Shown: in pieces, positions 13,701-27,100 of the stretch
How the letters are laid out: the number at the start of each line of letters is the position of its first letter
Position numbering within the stretch: the first letter of the stretch is position 1
Source of the DNA: Podarcis gaigeae
Taxonomy: Eukaryota
DNA length: 64,000 nt
Assembly: GCA_964106915.2 (NCBI GenBank)
Contig: OZ066914.1
Direction: 5' to 3' (one strand)
Position numbers and translations under genes: made by a program
Notes under the pieces: generated by a model
Database searches by the model: none
The model's input: only the letters and a program-made list of their open reading frames with translations
What the model was told of the DNA's origin: nothing

Positions 13701-15159
13701 AAGTAGGAATAAAAGGAATTTGGAACGGCTTCCATGTTTTGGTATGAAAGTCAATGAAATGGAACCAGCCAGCCCTGACTTGCACAAGCTTGCCTGACAC
13801 ATTGGTGAAAGGTGGTTGTTCTACACAACAATCTGAAGAGCAGTCAGAGGGAGCAGTGGGAGAGGGGTCACTAGTTCAGTGGTAGACTTCCCAGTTCAGC
13901 TCCCAGCCTGGATTTCAGGTAGAAGGAATGGGAAAGGCCTCTCTACCTGACACCCTGGGATACTGACTCAGATCAAGGCTGCGGATGGAGGACTAGCCCG
14001 GTTGAAGTCTGTAAGCTATGAGTCTTCAAGTCCACCTATCCTAGCCTTCTGAATTTGGAAGCAGATTGGCCTGAATGTTGTGAAAGAATGGTAAATACTT
14101 CTTGAGTGTGGAAATTGCATAGGATAGCATTTGCCAAACATTTGCCTCCAGATGTTTTTGACTACAATTCCCAGCGAAGACTGCCCTAACAGCAGCACTG
14201 ATGGATCAGACCAAAAGGCTGAACCAATTCATCACCTTGCTGCCAAGAAATAGTCAGGTTGCCATTGCCACAGTTTTTCCACAGTTTAGGCTACTGATGG
14301 CAGATGCAAGAGGGACTAGGTGAGGGGAGAGGACAAAGTTGTTTACTGGCATGTTCCAACTCTGAATTATCTGTTTATGAAGCAGAGGTTCAAAACAGGA
14401 AGGAGAACAGGCTCTAGTACTTACTTGAAACAAGACCTCTTTTTAGCTCTATGTGTGTTGTTGAATAATGTGTTTTTTAAAACAGAAGTTCAAGTTTTGA
14501 TTTTGCATTTATGTATGTAAAAATGTATATGGTATAAATGAGTATTATCCTATCCTATGCTTAAGAATCAGTATTTCAATGTCCATTAACTCCATTTATA
14601 GCAGGTATGGGGAATCTTCAGTCCAACAGATGTTGCTGAACTATAAGTCTCAACATCCCTTGCCACGCTTTCTGAGGCTGATGGAAGTTGTAATGCAGCG
14701 ACATCTGGAGGGCCAAAGCTTCCCTATACCTGGTCTACAGCTCCTGAAGGGGGAGTATTTCATTCCAAAATGCAGGGAACGAAAATGAAAAAGTATTCTA
14801 CCAGTAAGCACTGGACCCGTTCTCCTTTCTGTTTTGATTCTTCATGGTGCTTCCTGTATTGCTGAAGTGAAGGTGACAAGTTCACAGTGACACTGGGAGA
14901 AAAATTCCCATAGAACTGTCCAGAACAAACAAAGGTATGTTCTCTGAACATTGGCTGTGTGTGTTTGTGGTGTGCCAGAGGTCATTAGGCCTTGGCAGAG
15001 TAAATGCTCCAGCACCTGTCAGCTGCACTAAGCTCCAATATTAATTTCTATCAACAGACTACTGGCAAGCCACTACAGAAAACAAAAACTTCTGCCCTAT
15101 AGTCAACAGCAACAGCAGCAGTACACACAAGGTATGCCATCAGGATACAGTAACAACAG

Positions 15160-15199
<40 letters not shown>

Positions 15200-18100
15200 C
15201 GCTGCTTGGATAGGTACATCCCTGCCCTGTTTACCTGATTGCCGGCGCCCCTGCCGGCCATACTGAGGAATGTCTTCTGTAGGTTGGTATGACAGGGACT
15301 TCTTCAGCCTCTCTGGACTGTATTTGTAGCGAGAAGGATCTAAAGGAAGCGGCAGGAGTGTTTGAGAACCTGTTAACTGCCCCCACTTGGTATGACCAAC
15401 CCCCTCATGCATGAACCAAGCTAACACCACCTTACCATTCTAATCCCCTGAATATTACATTTAGCAGCATAGGCTCCAGCAAACAAACTCAGGCTCGGTT
15501 CGCAATCCAAGGAGGTGACAATTATATTAATTACAAGAGACAGAGAATTGGATCATCAATACAGCATCACATCTCAGAATCACATTCCACTTATTGTTGA
15601 TTTCTGTGTTGTGTAATCTTCCTGCAACCAGGTGAAAGAACCTAACCCCATGAGGCAGAGTACATTCTTAGACTTGTGTTGGGAAATTCTGACATGTCTG
15701 CTGCCTTGCCCTGCTGAGGACACAGTAAGCAGGAGGAGGGTTTCTAAAAACAAACTACTGGGACATTTTCTATTTTTTAAAAAATAATAATGGAAACTTA
15801 CAGTATGAGTCCATTTCCAAGATAGCTTCCTTGGCCTGAAGAAAAGAAGGTATTGGCTTAGCACTAAACTGAAAAGGAAATGGAAATCCAGGATCCTGAA
15901 ACCTGAGGCAATGGGGAGTTCCCACCTCTCTTCCCTCCCCCAAAGAATAGCAGAGAGATAGGAAAGGAGAAAGGAGGTTCCCCTCAGCCCCGTCATCCCT
16001 GGACACTAGGAACAAATTCCACCACAACTGTTGCCCCTTTCTCAGTTGGAGAAAGGAGCAGACAAAATTCCAAACACCAAACCTCTCATACCCACATTAT
16101 GGAAGCGCCTAGGCCTAGGCCTAGCTTGATATGGCTGGGCTTTGTATGATTCAGTAAAGAGAACCAATCAAACATACTCAAGAGTAAAGAAAAGGCAAAG
16201 ATGTATAGAAGAACACCTCCAATAGCACCCCTCTGATTCAAAGAAGAAAAAGAGCATTTCTTGAGACATGGCTCAGACTAAGCTTTAAAGAAAGGCAGAG
16301 AACCCCATGGGGTCTCCAGCATCCATTCTACAGGCATGCGAAGGAGAAGGAAGGAGAGCCTCCACTTACTTTCTGGGGGATGATGGCGTGGTGGTTTTCC
16401 AGAATCAGGCGCTTGATGTGGTGAGTCCAAACCCGCTTCTCCTCCCCCGATTTGGCCTGGGAACAAAAGTACACCTTATGCATCTGGGAAGCCAGGATTA
16501 CTCACCTGACTCAGCTACACCTCAGCCCTTTTGCAGTGTTGCCACTCTTTCCGCTGTTATCATGCAAACGCACACACCAGGCCCACCTGCTGTGGACACC
16601 TAACAACTCACACTCTTACGATATTCCCCAATTAGCATTCTTATCACCAGTATCTCCGCACCGCTGACAAACATTGGCATTGCAACGCACCAACAAACTG
16701 CCCTAACCCCTCATTCACATCCTCTTCCTTCCAAAACACACACCTTGCATTCTCTGCCCCAAAACCAATCGACCCATTTTCTCAGGTCCTGTTACTGCCC
16801 CTCTTATTTTCACTCGGCACCTGCCCTTATTCAGGCTGCCAGTTCTGCATCAGGCACCCCATCAACACACGTTTCCAACTATCTCCGCACCTTGCCCCCA
16901 AATCACTTTCAAACCCCCTTATAAAGGACAGTGGCTTATCTCACCTGGATGTTGTACTGCTGTTTGCTGTGTTTGTAATGGGTGACGGTGAAGCACAGTG
17001 AGTCTCGTGTACTCTCAATCAGCATCAGGGAGGAGCACTGAAGGAGCAGAGGGAGAGATGTCAAACCAAGGTACCCATTACAACGTCAACAACAAAAGTT
17101 CGCCAAATCTGCCACCTCTCTGAATCATCCGAGGGCTGCCAGGATAAACAGAGAGGCATCCTCAGAAGGACGACAAAGACCTTTTAACTTGACCAACTTT
17201 GGGTGGCCAAGGTTTGGGGACGACGACCATAAGGTTTGTTATAATATTTATAAGTGTGTGTTTGTCAATTCCTGTGTTGTTGTCAGTTCCTTTTTAAAAA
17301 CAATGTAGAGTACTAAATTTTAGAACAGACATAAATAATATAAAGAAGAAAAACATGCTGTATTCAGAACTAAAGAACACCAGTCCCCCTCCCACCCCAT
17401 CATCCACTGACCCTCTCTCCCCACCCCTTCCACAGAGAATTTGATGCCATCAGCACATCCAAAGCATATTCATACTTGGTTATGGTAGGGACACAGATTC
17501 AAGTAAAGAAAAAGTATCCAGTGCCTACACCTCTCAGGCTTAAAACAGCCAAACAGATTTGTATTGGGTTGGAACAGATCTATTATCACCTTGCATATGC
17601 ACATGTTGTTGTTGTCAGTTCCTGTGCCTTTGAGATGGGCAAGAGTGGCACATATAAATATATAAATGTTTGATGTACAGAAAGATTAAGGGTAGCCTTT
17701 CTTGGCAACAGCAAAACAAAGAGAAAGGAGATGGGGTGAAATTTGGGGCAGTCACTTCACACCATCACATTGTAGGGTCAGCAGGTGCCACTGCAATTTA
17801 TATACAAGCCAGTAGCAAGAAAAATGGATTCCCCCCCCCACACTCCCTTTTGGCTGTGTGGAAATAGCAGCACACCCATTGATACCCTTTTCCTTTTAAT
17901 TAGTGTGGAAAAGCCACCACTCCTTTGATTTTGCATTCGAAGTCACTAATGCAAATGTGTCTGTGGAGCAAACCTCCCCATTTTCTTGCAACTGGGCATT
18001 TGAAGGGTAACAAATTCACACTGTTGCTCTCATGTATGTGTGAGAAATGCCCTCGCCATCCCTCTTCCCTCCTGAGTTATGCCTAGCATTGTGCTGGGAG

Positions 18101-21100
18101 ACGGAAGGCAGCAGCAGTGGGAGACTCAGGTCAGGTAGAGAAAAGTTTGCCTTGGGGCCTTCTATACTGGATCATAAATTCACATCTGTTTCAGCTGTCA
18201 GGTATGAGTTCCAAAGTGACAAAGAATGATTCATGCTCACACCCCTCCTACCCTGATACCCAAGATGCCCTCCTGACCGCTCAAAAACAGGCGGAAGAAT
18301 TAATCACACTGCCTACTCATAGGGAGGAGGGGGAGATGAACTTCTTTTCAGTTCATGTTTAATAGTGAATCTACTTATTTTGCACTTGCTAAAACAATAC
18401 ATGAAACGAAACTCCGTCAGCCTTTGGAATTCACATTTCTCTGAATTTTGCAGTGCAGCCCTCCAGCCAAGTAATGTGTACAAAAATGCAAATATTACGG
18501 CAAAGTGTGCATAAAAGTACATGGATCAGGGTAAATAGCATAAAAAATAGGTTAGGTTAGGGGAAATTGTTTTGCATAAATGTATATCAGGAGAAATTAA
18601 CACTAAAATGCTGGTGAATTTTCATGGACTGTAAAAAAACAAACCAACTGATGTGGAAATGTGGATGACTGGACTTCAAGATTGGAAAATTGACAGAAAC
18701 CAAAACTGAAAAGATTCACTCATCCCCATGAATGAACAGAATTGCAAGGTTGGGACTACTTACTGGAATGTGGCTTTTGTATATATAATGATCGCCCCGT
18801 TTCTTTGTTATCAGCAAGATCTTGTCAAACAAGAAGAAAGTTCTCTCATTCCTGACCCGATGGACACGGAAAGTACCCTCCAGCACAAGTTCTCCATAAG
18901 TGGTCAGGTCAGGACCCTTCCAGTTTATAAGCAATGACTGAATCTCCTGTAAAACAGCAAAAGGCGGGGGGGGGGGGTGTTAGAAAAAAGATGAAATATT
19001 CCCATCCCTATTAGGAGCCATTTCAAGGCAACCCCAGAGTCACGAAGATGCCAGCATTGGTTGTAGTCTGTGCTGTGACAGAATTACAGCCATTTGAGAA
19101 TTTTTTTGGGGGGGGGAATGTTTTATGGTATGTGGGTAGTACCCAATGCCACACAAGCAGTGTTCCACTAGTGCAACAGGGCTTCCTCTCCCCACATGTC
19201 CCCGAAAGTTGCTCCAGGAGGTCTCCCTACCCTCTGGAGCAGATTTTGAGTATGTGAAAGGGGCTTGAGGGGAGATAAGAGCAGCGAGGGGGGAAGTCCC
19301 ATTGTACAAGAGGAACGACAGCATTGGATACAATGCTATACATTTAGCCTGCAGAATACATTCATTTCAACACAACTCAGAATATAAGCTTCCCCCCAAC
19401 ACTTCCATTGTTTAACCTTCACAAACATTCAAAGTATTTTCGAAATCTGTCAGCAGTCTTGAAAATAAATGCCTAGCATTACCAACAACAAAACGATCTG
19501 AATGGTTTCGTACCCAGAGGGTCTCTTTCATCAGCAAAAGTTAAAGAAGGGAATCTTAAGTATTCTAAATATTTGTCCCTTTCTTCTACTTAGTTTGAAA
19601 GGTTCTAAGGATCTTCCAAATGAGACACTGGAAAGGTATATTACTCCAGTGTAAAGTCACTCTGTGAGGCTGAACCAAAGCAGCTGGGGGAACACAAGCC
19701 CCGATTTTTATATATTTCTGTCATATATAGCCAGTCTTCTAATGAACTATTCAAGGCTGCTTCTCTCTCTGCCTCAATGTTCCCTCTGCTATGAGAACAC
19801 GTACACCTCCAAACCAGACTCCAATTCCCTTCAGCCCCAAGTCAGCACGGCCAATGTTCAGGGATGATGGGAGTTACAGTCCAGAAACATCTAAGCATGG
19901 GCACAGGTTCCCCATTCCTGAGTCAGAGGGTTCTAGTGTTACAGGTTGAAGCCAGAAGGGGCATCGTGACAAATCATTCAGCCGGAACTCTGGTATTATT
20001 ACAGCACATTCCATCAGCAATTCCTGCTTCTTGCCTGAAGCCCAGTAAAGAAGCATTTGCTACACAGCCCCCACAGATCAGAATATGATCCACAGCTTGT
20101 GTAATATAAACCACCAACCCATAAAAAGAGTCATTTAGAAAGAATTTTGCTCCTACCATCTTCCTTTGCTCTGGACAGATCGCTACCCTTCATTTTAAGT
20201 AACTTGCTCTTTCTAATCCTTATGTAGTTTCCAATTTGTGGGTGTTTTCATGCCATTACAGTGGTACCTCGGTTTACAAACTTAATCCGTTCCTGAAGTC
20301 CGTTCTTAAACCGAATCTGTTCGTAAACAGAGGCACGCTTTCCCTAATGAGGCCTCCTGCTGCCGGTGCCCTTCCACCATTCGGTTTCCGTTTGTAGACC
20401 AAGGTAAAGTTTGCAAACTGGAACACTACTTCCGGTTTTGCGGAGTTCGTAAACTGAATTGTTCATAAACAGGACTGTTCTTAAACCCAGGTACCACGGT
20501 ATATTGCAGATGACTAAAGAATTGATTGCCCCAGTTCAAATTACTTTTGTAGTTATCTTAAAGCTTGCCTACTGTTTCCATAGGGTGCCGTCATCACCTT
20601 GCTCAAATTCCCTGGAGAAATAAATTAATTGGCTGAAAACACAGATGAAAGCAAAGGTAAGGCCTAACACCACCTACAGCAGGCATGGCCAAACTTGGCC
20701 CTCCAACTGTTTTGGGACTACAGCTCCCATCATCCCTGACCACTGGTCCTGTTAGCTAGGGATGATGGGAGTTGTAGTCCCAAAACAGCTGGAGGGCAAA
20801 GTTTGGCCATGCCTGACCTACAGCAACCTACGTGCACTTCTAAAACCTCAAGAAGAGAAAAATTTAAATTCAATGTTTGGAAACATGTCATTAAATTTCC
20901 ATGACACTAATGCTGATACGGGTGGAGTCCTCACAAGGGCGTTTTAAAGATTGAATAATGTAAATGAAATCTGGAATGATGAGAGGCTAAGGAAGTGCAA
21001 GCAAACTGGGAATGCACTTAAAATCTGCTGGGGTGATATTGTGAGGCTATTTGCAGGACTCTAATTGTGTTAAGGCTCAAACCAAAAATTGATATTCAGT

Positions 21101-24100
21101 ACTAGGGGTCAGTCCCTGAACTTGACAGTGTATGTATGTACGTACTGAGGTCTGAAAAAAAGGGGAAATTAGACATTGCAAACTGGAATGAGGAAAAGGG
21201 AATACTGGACCAAAAATGCCTTTTATCTATCGCTTTATCTTTAAAAATCCCTTTAGCTAGCAACACTTCATGGTAAGGAATGTTGCAGTGCTAGGAAGCA
21301 GCAGGAAAGAGAGCAAACCACTAAAGATAGTAATAACACACATGGTTGCCATCGTGTTTTGCGAGTCAGTTTCATTTTGCATATACGTACTTAAGGGAAT
21401 TTCCCTTTATGGGTTATGAAAGGTAGCATTGCCTGATGCATCAGCCAGTGTGAATATACAACACTTACTTGTGAATTGCCACAGCTCTCCAAGGATAATG
21501 CCACACCTGGGACAACTTTCCCCTTTCAAATTACCTGCAGGCGCACAGCATGCTCGTGCTTCCGTTTCATGTCATTGATATACCAAGCCACACAGGTCAT
21601 GGTGTCAATCGCCTCTTCCACCACTTCATAGCCATCCTCTTCTATGTCGAAGTGCTTTGCTATCTCCTAGGACAAAACCACACAGCCAAGAGTTGTAAGG
21701 CTCTCTAACACAAATTAATTTCACCAGTTTGTTGTCTCTTGACCACTTGCCCAGTTTACTAAGCTCTGGGGCCCAGGAGAGTATACAAGGGTCAAGCCAA
21801 GTAATAACTTAAAGCCATTTTAAAAACCCCATTATGCTGAGTGAGTCAGATCATTGGTCAACCTAGTTCAGAACTGTCCATAGTGATTGACAGCAGGTCT
21901 TTCGAGTTAGGTAGGACATTCCCACCCTACCTGGAAATGCCAGGGATTGGACCTGAGACCTTTTGCTTTTGAAGTTGATACTCTTATCACTGAACTATGG
22001 CCCTTCCCCAAAGCCTTAAGAAGCATAAATCATGACATAAATACTGGTCGTCTCCATTGGAGCCCTTTCCATTCATGAAAAAGGCTTCCTGATCCCAGGG
22101 GAAGCTTCTTTGAACAGTTGGGATGTATGAGACAATGTCCGTTGATTCTTCTTCCCTATGTAACACCGTGATTCCTCAAAAATCTGCTCCAGAGGGTTGG
22201 GAAACCCTCTGGAGCAGGTTAGGAAGATGGCACGGGAGCTGTAGGTAGAAGTGGCTCACTTCACCCTTTCATGGAAACGTCTGCTGGATCAGTGAAATTT
22301 CCATAGGTTTTTGGGGAGAATCTTTGAAACCAAAGTCCCATGATTTCTTTAAAAATAACAATGCAAAAAAACTTTTTCAACATGGTGGCATGTTGATTGC
22401 AGCAGCGGCAACAACAAAAGTCACTCACCTATGGAAGTACAAAAAGGTGACTATTATCATCTATGGTGGGATTGCTTGGTAGAGTCTATGCTAGCAAATT
22501 CAATTAGACCTTGTCTTTTTCCTTTGAACCATATTGAAGGATCAGTCCATTGGATAAATACGAGCAAGAAATCGTAACTTACTGCAAGAAGTTTAATTTA
22601 CACAAAATATTGTGTGGAATTTGGCCATTATGGTCATATTAATTGGAGAAAAGATCAGGGGTGGAATCATTTCAGTGGTTATATTAAAAAAGCACACCCA
22701 TTATGTTACTCAAATGTCTATTGTTGTTAAACTTAAAATATGACAGTATCAAGAACGTTTTATGAAAATCAGCGTAGGAAGATGTAAGCTTTAGTGGTAT
22801 GATGAATTGCCTGCAGGCTTCCAACAGGCTAATCACCAATTACAGGGTGCTGGGACAGATGGGCCTTTGGCCTCATCCACCAGGGCTCTTCTTACATTAC
22901 TTTTTTTGTTATTTATTTGAATTATGAAAAACATAATGTAGAGCAATTGGGGAAAGTATCCTATCTCTGCATAAATGGATAAACACTGGTAACATACAAA
23001 TCTGATCCCTTCACAGAAATAGGGCTGGTTTTGAAATACATACAGAGATGTCTGAGAAACCATTTCCTTGTATATCTAATTCCTCATGTGTGACCTACAG
23101 AGACTATTTGTATAATTGCAAATACTCAAACTCTATATTACTTCTCAACTGTTCCCACGTGACTGGTGGCCAATACATTTTCTAAGAGAGAGGTGACATT
23201 TGCTTGAACACAGATCTGCACATTTTATGGTTGAATTTTAGACAAAATGGGTAGAGGGTGAAACACACAGGTCACAAAGCTGCAAAGTTAGACAACACAA
23301 CTAGGCTACTGCTATATTACCTGAAGGAGCAGGTGATATTTGAGAATGCGCTGGACAGGCTTGAGAAGGTAGGAGCCAAGGGGCAATGAGTGACGGATTT
23401 GCTCTTGCCGCTCGCGAAAGAACTTGGCCAGCTGTTTGTTCCTCATGCATTCGGTCAGAGCTGCCACAGAGCTAGAGGGTCAAACCCATCACGGTTTAAT
23501 GAATAGCACTGAAGATCAAAGCAGAGAACCTCCCACCTTCCCTTGAAGATGAGTTGACGGACAGGCATGCTCAAACACCCCAACAAGGGACTGCAATGCA
23601 AGGGTTTAAAAACATGATCCGGAAGCCAGTGACAGCCAGACTAGCTAACAGAGAGAAGCAATCAGACTTTGGCAATATAGCACATCCTGTACCTCCTACA
23701 GGGAATTTCCTTTGATGAGTGTGGGGGAAACCTGGAAAGTCAGCCTGTTAGAGGGAAAGAAGAAGAAGACCCCTGGAGCAGGACTTTTGAGAACAGCTGT
23801 GGGGCTTCATTACCTTGCCTTGTTCTTTGCCTCTTGCTATGATTTGCAGAAACTTTCATGAAAGATAAACAGATTTATATAAATCATACAAATCTGCTTA
23901 GCTTTCATAAACATGTTCTGTTTCTGCTAGACTATATAAATCAAGGGCAGCCAACATTAGGTGCTTTGTGGTTTTATTCTGTATTTTTATGCTGTGAAAT
24001 GCCCTGAGATCTTAGGATGAAGGGAGTATACAAATTTTATTAATACAAACAACAACATGTTGCCCTTCAAATGTTGCTGGACTACAGCTCCCATCAGCCC

Positions 24101-27100
24101 GGACCATAGGCTAGGCTGGGTGAGGCTGAAGGGACTTGTAATCCCACAACATGTGGAGGGTACCACAGTGGCTATTCCCAATATAAGATGTACAGTCTGA
24201 AGAATTCAGCTGGTTTTACTGCAAGATTTGGGTTATCTTGTCACTGAACGCTGACTTAAAAAAAAAGCACCTACAAACTATTCTGTGTCCCGCAGAGACA
24301 GAGGCTGACCAAAGGTTTCTTCTGTGTAAAAAGATTAAGTTATTAGAGGGGAAAGGGTCACCCAAGGCCCCATGAAACCAGTTCTCCCTTCACTGCAAAG
24401 GATACTCACTTAGGGTAGTTGTTACAGTATTGAGTGTAGATATCAAAATCCTGGCTCTGTTGCAGGGAGAGGGAGAGGGAGAGGGAGAGGGAGAGGGAGA
24501 GGGAGAGGGAGAGGGAGAGGGAGAGAGAGAGCGCAATCAGTAAAAGATGGCTGGATATTCACTTAGCAATAATCTCAGCTTGCCTCTCAAAACATGCCCA
24601 GTACAGCTGTATAAAAGGAATGCCAACCTCACCCTACGTACTGTTTGTTTAAGCCCTCATACCTAATGGAATCACCCAATAAGGGTGTTGAAAGGGCTTG
24701 TGCAGCAGAATTCTGTGACACTCCATTATACAGTCAGAGATTACCATAACACAGTATCTGCTCATCTCCTTACCCTGTCCACAAAACATCTTGCCACGGC
24801 AACAGGATCGTTGTGGCAGCTGTCCAGATCCTGCAGAAGCTCACTGAGCAGAAATTGAGAAAAGGAAGAATCAGTGAGTCAGACAGACACACACACATGG
24901 TGAAGCTTCTTGTGTCACATATTCTAAGCACAGCATCTCAGTAGCATAGGCACTCAAGGGACAGGATGGGTACATGCGGGAGGCAAAATGCAAACAGCAT
25001 TTCCCTCCCCTCCAAGTCCCAAACACAGAAGCAAACCTCAAGGCATGCAAAGATTTGGGAACAGTACTCACAGCACCCACCTGCACAGGGGAAGCCCTTC
25101 CACTGTTGCCAGGGAGCCAAAAACACAAGTCAGCCATAATACAGAAAGAGGGGCACTCATTGGTTAAAATGGCCAACTAGCTGCTCCAGCAACTATTCGT
25201 GTAGCCTATTTGTTACAAACAGCATTTCCCCACTGCCCAAAGTGTCTTGCAGTGACAAACTATGAGCTCATGTCTGCCCCAAGGAACTTTTTAATTTTGG
25301 GAGGGGAAGCTAGTTCACAGAACAGGCAAGCGACAAAACCAAGAACGCCCAGTAAGCCGGGAGCAATTTGAACTCAGTCTGCCCCTCTGACCTCTCCTCT
25401 CCTCAGTGCTTCATCATACAGGGAAGGATGTTGCTTCCCTGCTATGAGACCAACACCGTCTCTCCACTTTCCTTTCCGCAGCCATGTCTGCCCAGGACTG
25501 TTCAAATAAACCCCAAGGGTCAAACATCCATGTTGTTATTTTGCAGACTTTCAGAATGAGACAAACCTTCTGGCTAAATGTGAAAGAATGTTGGCTCCCG
25601 CTTTCCAGCAATAGGGGAGCTGGTCCAAGGGAGGAACAGAACTTATCAGAAGCTTGCCACCCACACAATCCAACCCTCCAGTCAGCTTCAGCTTGATAAC
25701 ACAATCAGTAGGCATTAATCTGCATCTATCAGCTTCCATAAGATGCGTAGAGTGTTTCAAGTTTATGGCAAAGAGGTGACAGGAAAATGCCTGTCCCAAG
25801 GCGGACTTCAGTAATGTGCAAAACACAGGGCTGGCTTCTCATTAATAACAATGCAATCTTAAATGGCTTCTACTTAGACGTTCTACTGATTATCCCAGGT
25901 AAGTGGGATAATGGGATAAGGGATCCAGTATAGTTTCAAATTCGATGGAGGAATGTTGAGATTGGACTATATGACCCTCAAGGTCCCTTCCAACTCTTCT
26001 ACAATTCTATGACTGCAGCCTAAGACGTGTCAGCGGAGCTTATGCAGACAGGGAGGAAGGCAAAGCAAGTGAGTCTCCTGCCATCCACCAACCAACCTGT
26101 CCCACTGTCATGATAGGACTGTGACCATTTAGGGAGAGGGTACCTTCTGCTGTGCTTAGAGATTTTCAGTCCTCTCTGGCAAATAAGGGGTGGGGCAGGG
26201 GCAGTTGCCAGTGAAGCCATGGGGATCAAACATCACTCTCACCTGTTCAGTTCATAGATATCCTCGATGTTCCCAAACAGTGCACTAACTTGTTCTGGCC
26301 GTAGAAGCAGCTCTTGTGTGTCTATGATCTTCGCCAAGTAATTCTGCCAAGTCACATTGTGTCATAAGTATTGCCATGTAGCAAAATAAGCAAGCAAATA
26401 TGACAGACTGCCCCAAACTCCAGCCACCTTAAAATGTGGTGGTGATGGAGATGGCAACCTAATGAATGCTCTAAGGAATTTTCACATTATCCAGGGGTGG
26501 GGAACCTGAGGCCCTCCAGAGCTTGTTGGACTGCAACTCCCATCATTCTTGACAGCTGACTCTGTTGGTTGGGGCTAACTGGAGGCCACCAACATCAGGA
26601 GGGCCTCAGACCTGCCCCCCACCCCCAATATAATCCATTATTATTATTATCATTATTAAATAATAATAATAATAATACCCCGCCCATCTGGCTGGGCTTC
26701 CCCAGCCACTCTGGGCAGCTTCTAACAAAATATTAAAATACAACAATCTATTAAACATTAAAAGCTTCCCTAAACAGGGCTACCTTCAGATGTCTTCTAA
26801 AAGTCTGGTAGTTGTTTTTCTCTTTGACATCTGGTGGGAGGGTGTTCCACAGGGTGGGTGCCACTACCGAGAAGGCCCTCTGCCTGGTTCCCTGTAACTT
26901 GGCTTCTCGCAGCGAGGGAACCGCCAGAAGGCCCTCGGCACTGGACCTCAGTGTCCGGGCAGAATGATGTGGGTGGAGACGCTCCTTCAGGTATACTGGA
27001 CCAAGGCCATTTAGGGCTTTAAAGGTCAGCACCAACACTGAATTGTGCTCGGGAACGTTCTGGGAGCCAGTGTAGGTCTTTCAAGCCCACAGCTCCCACC

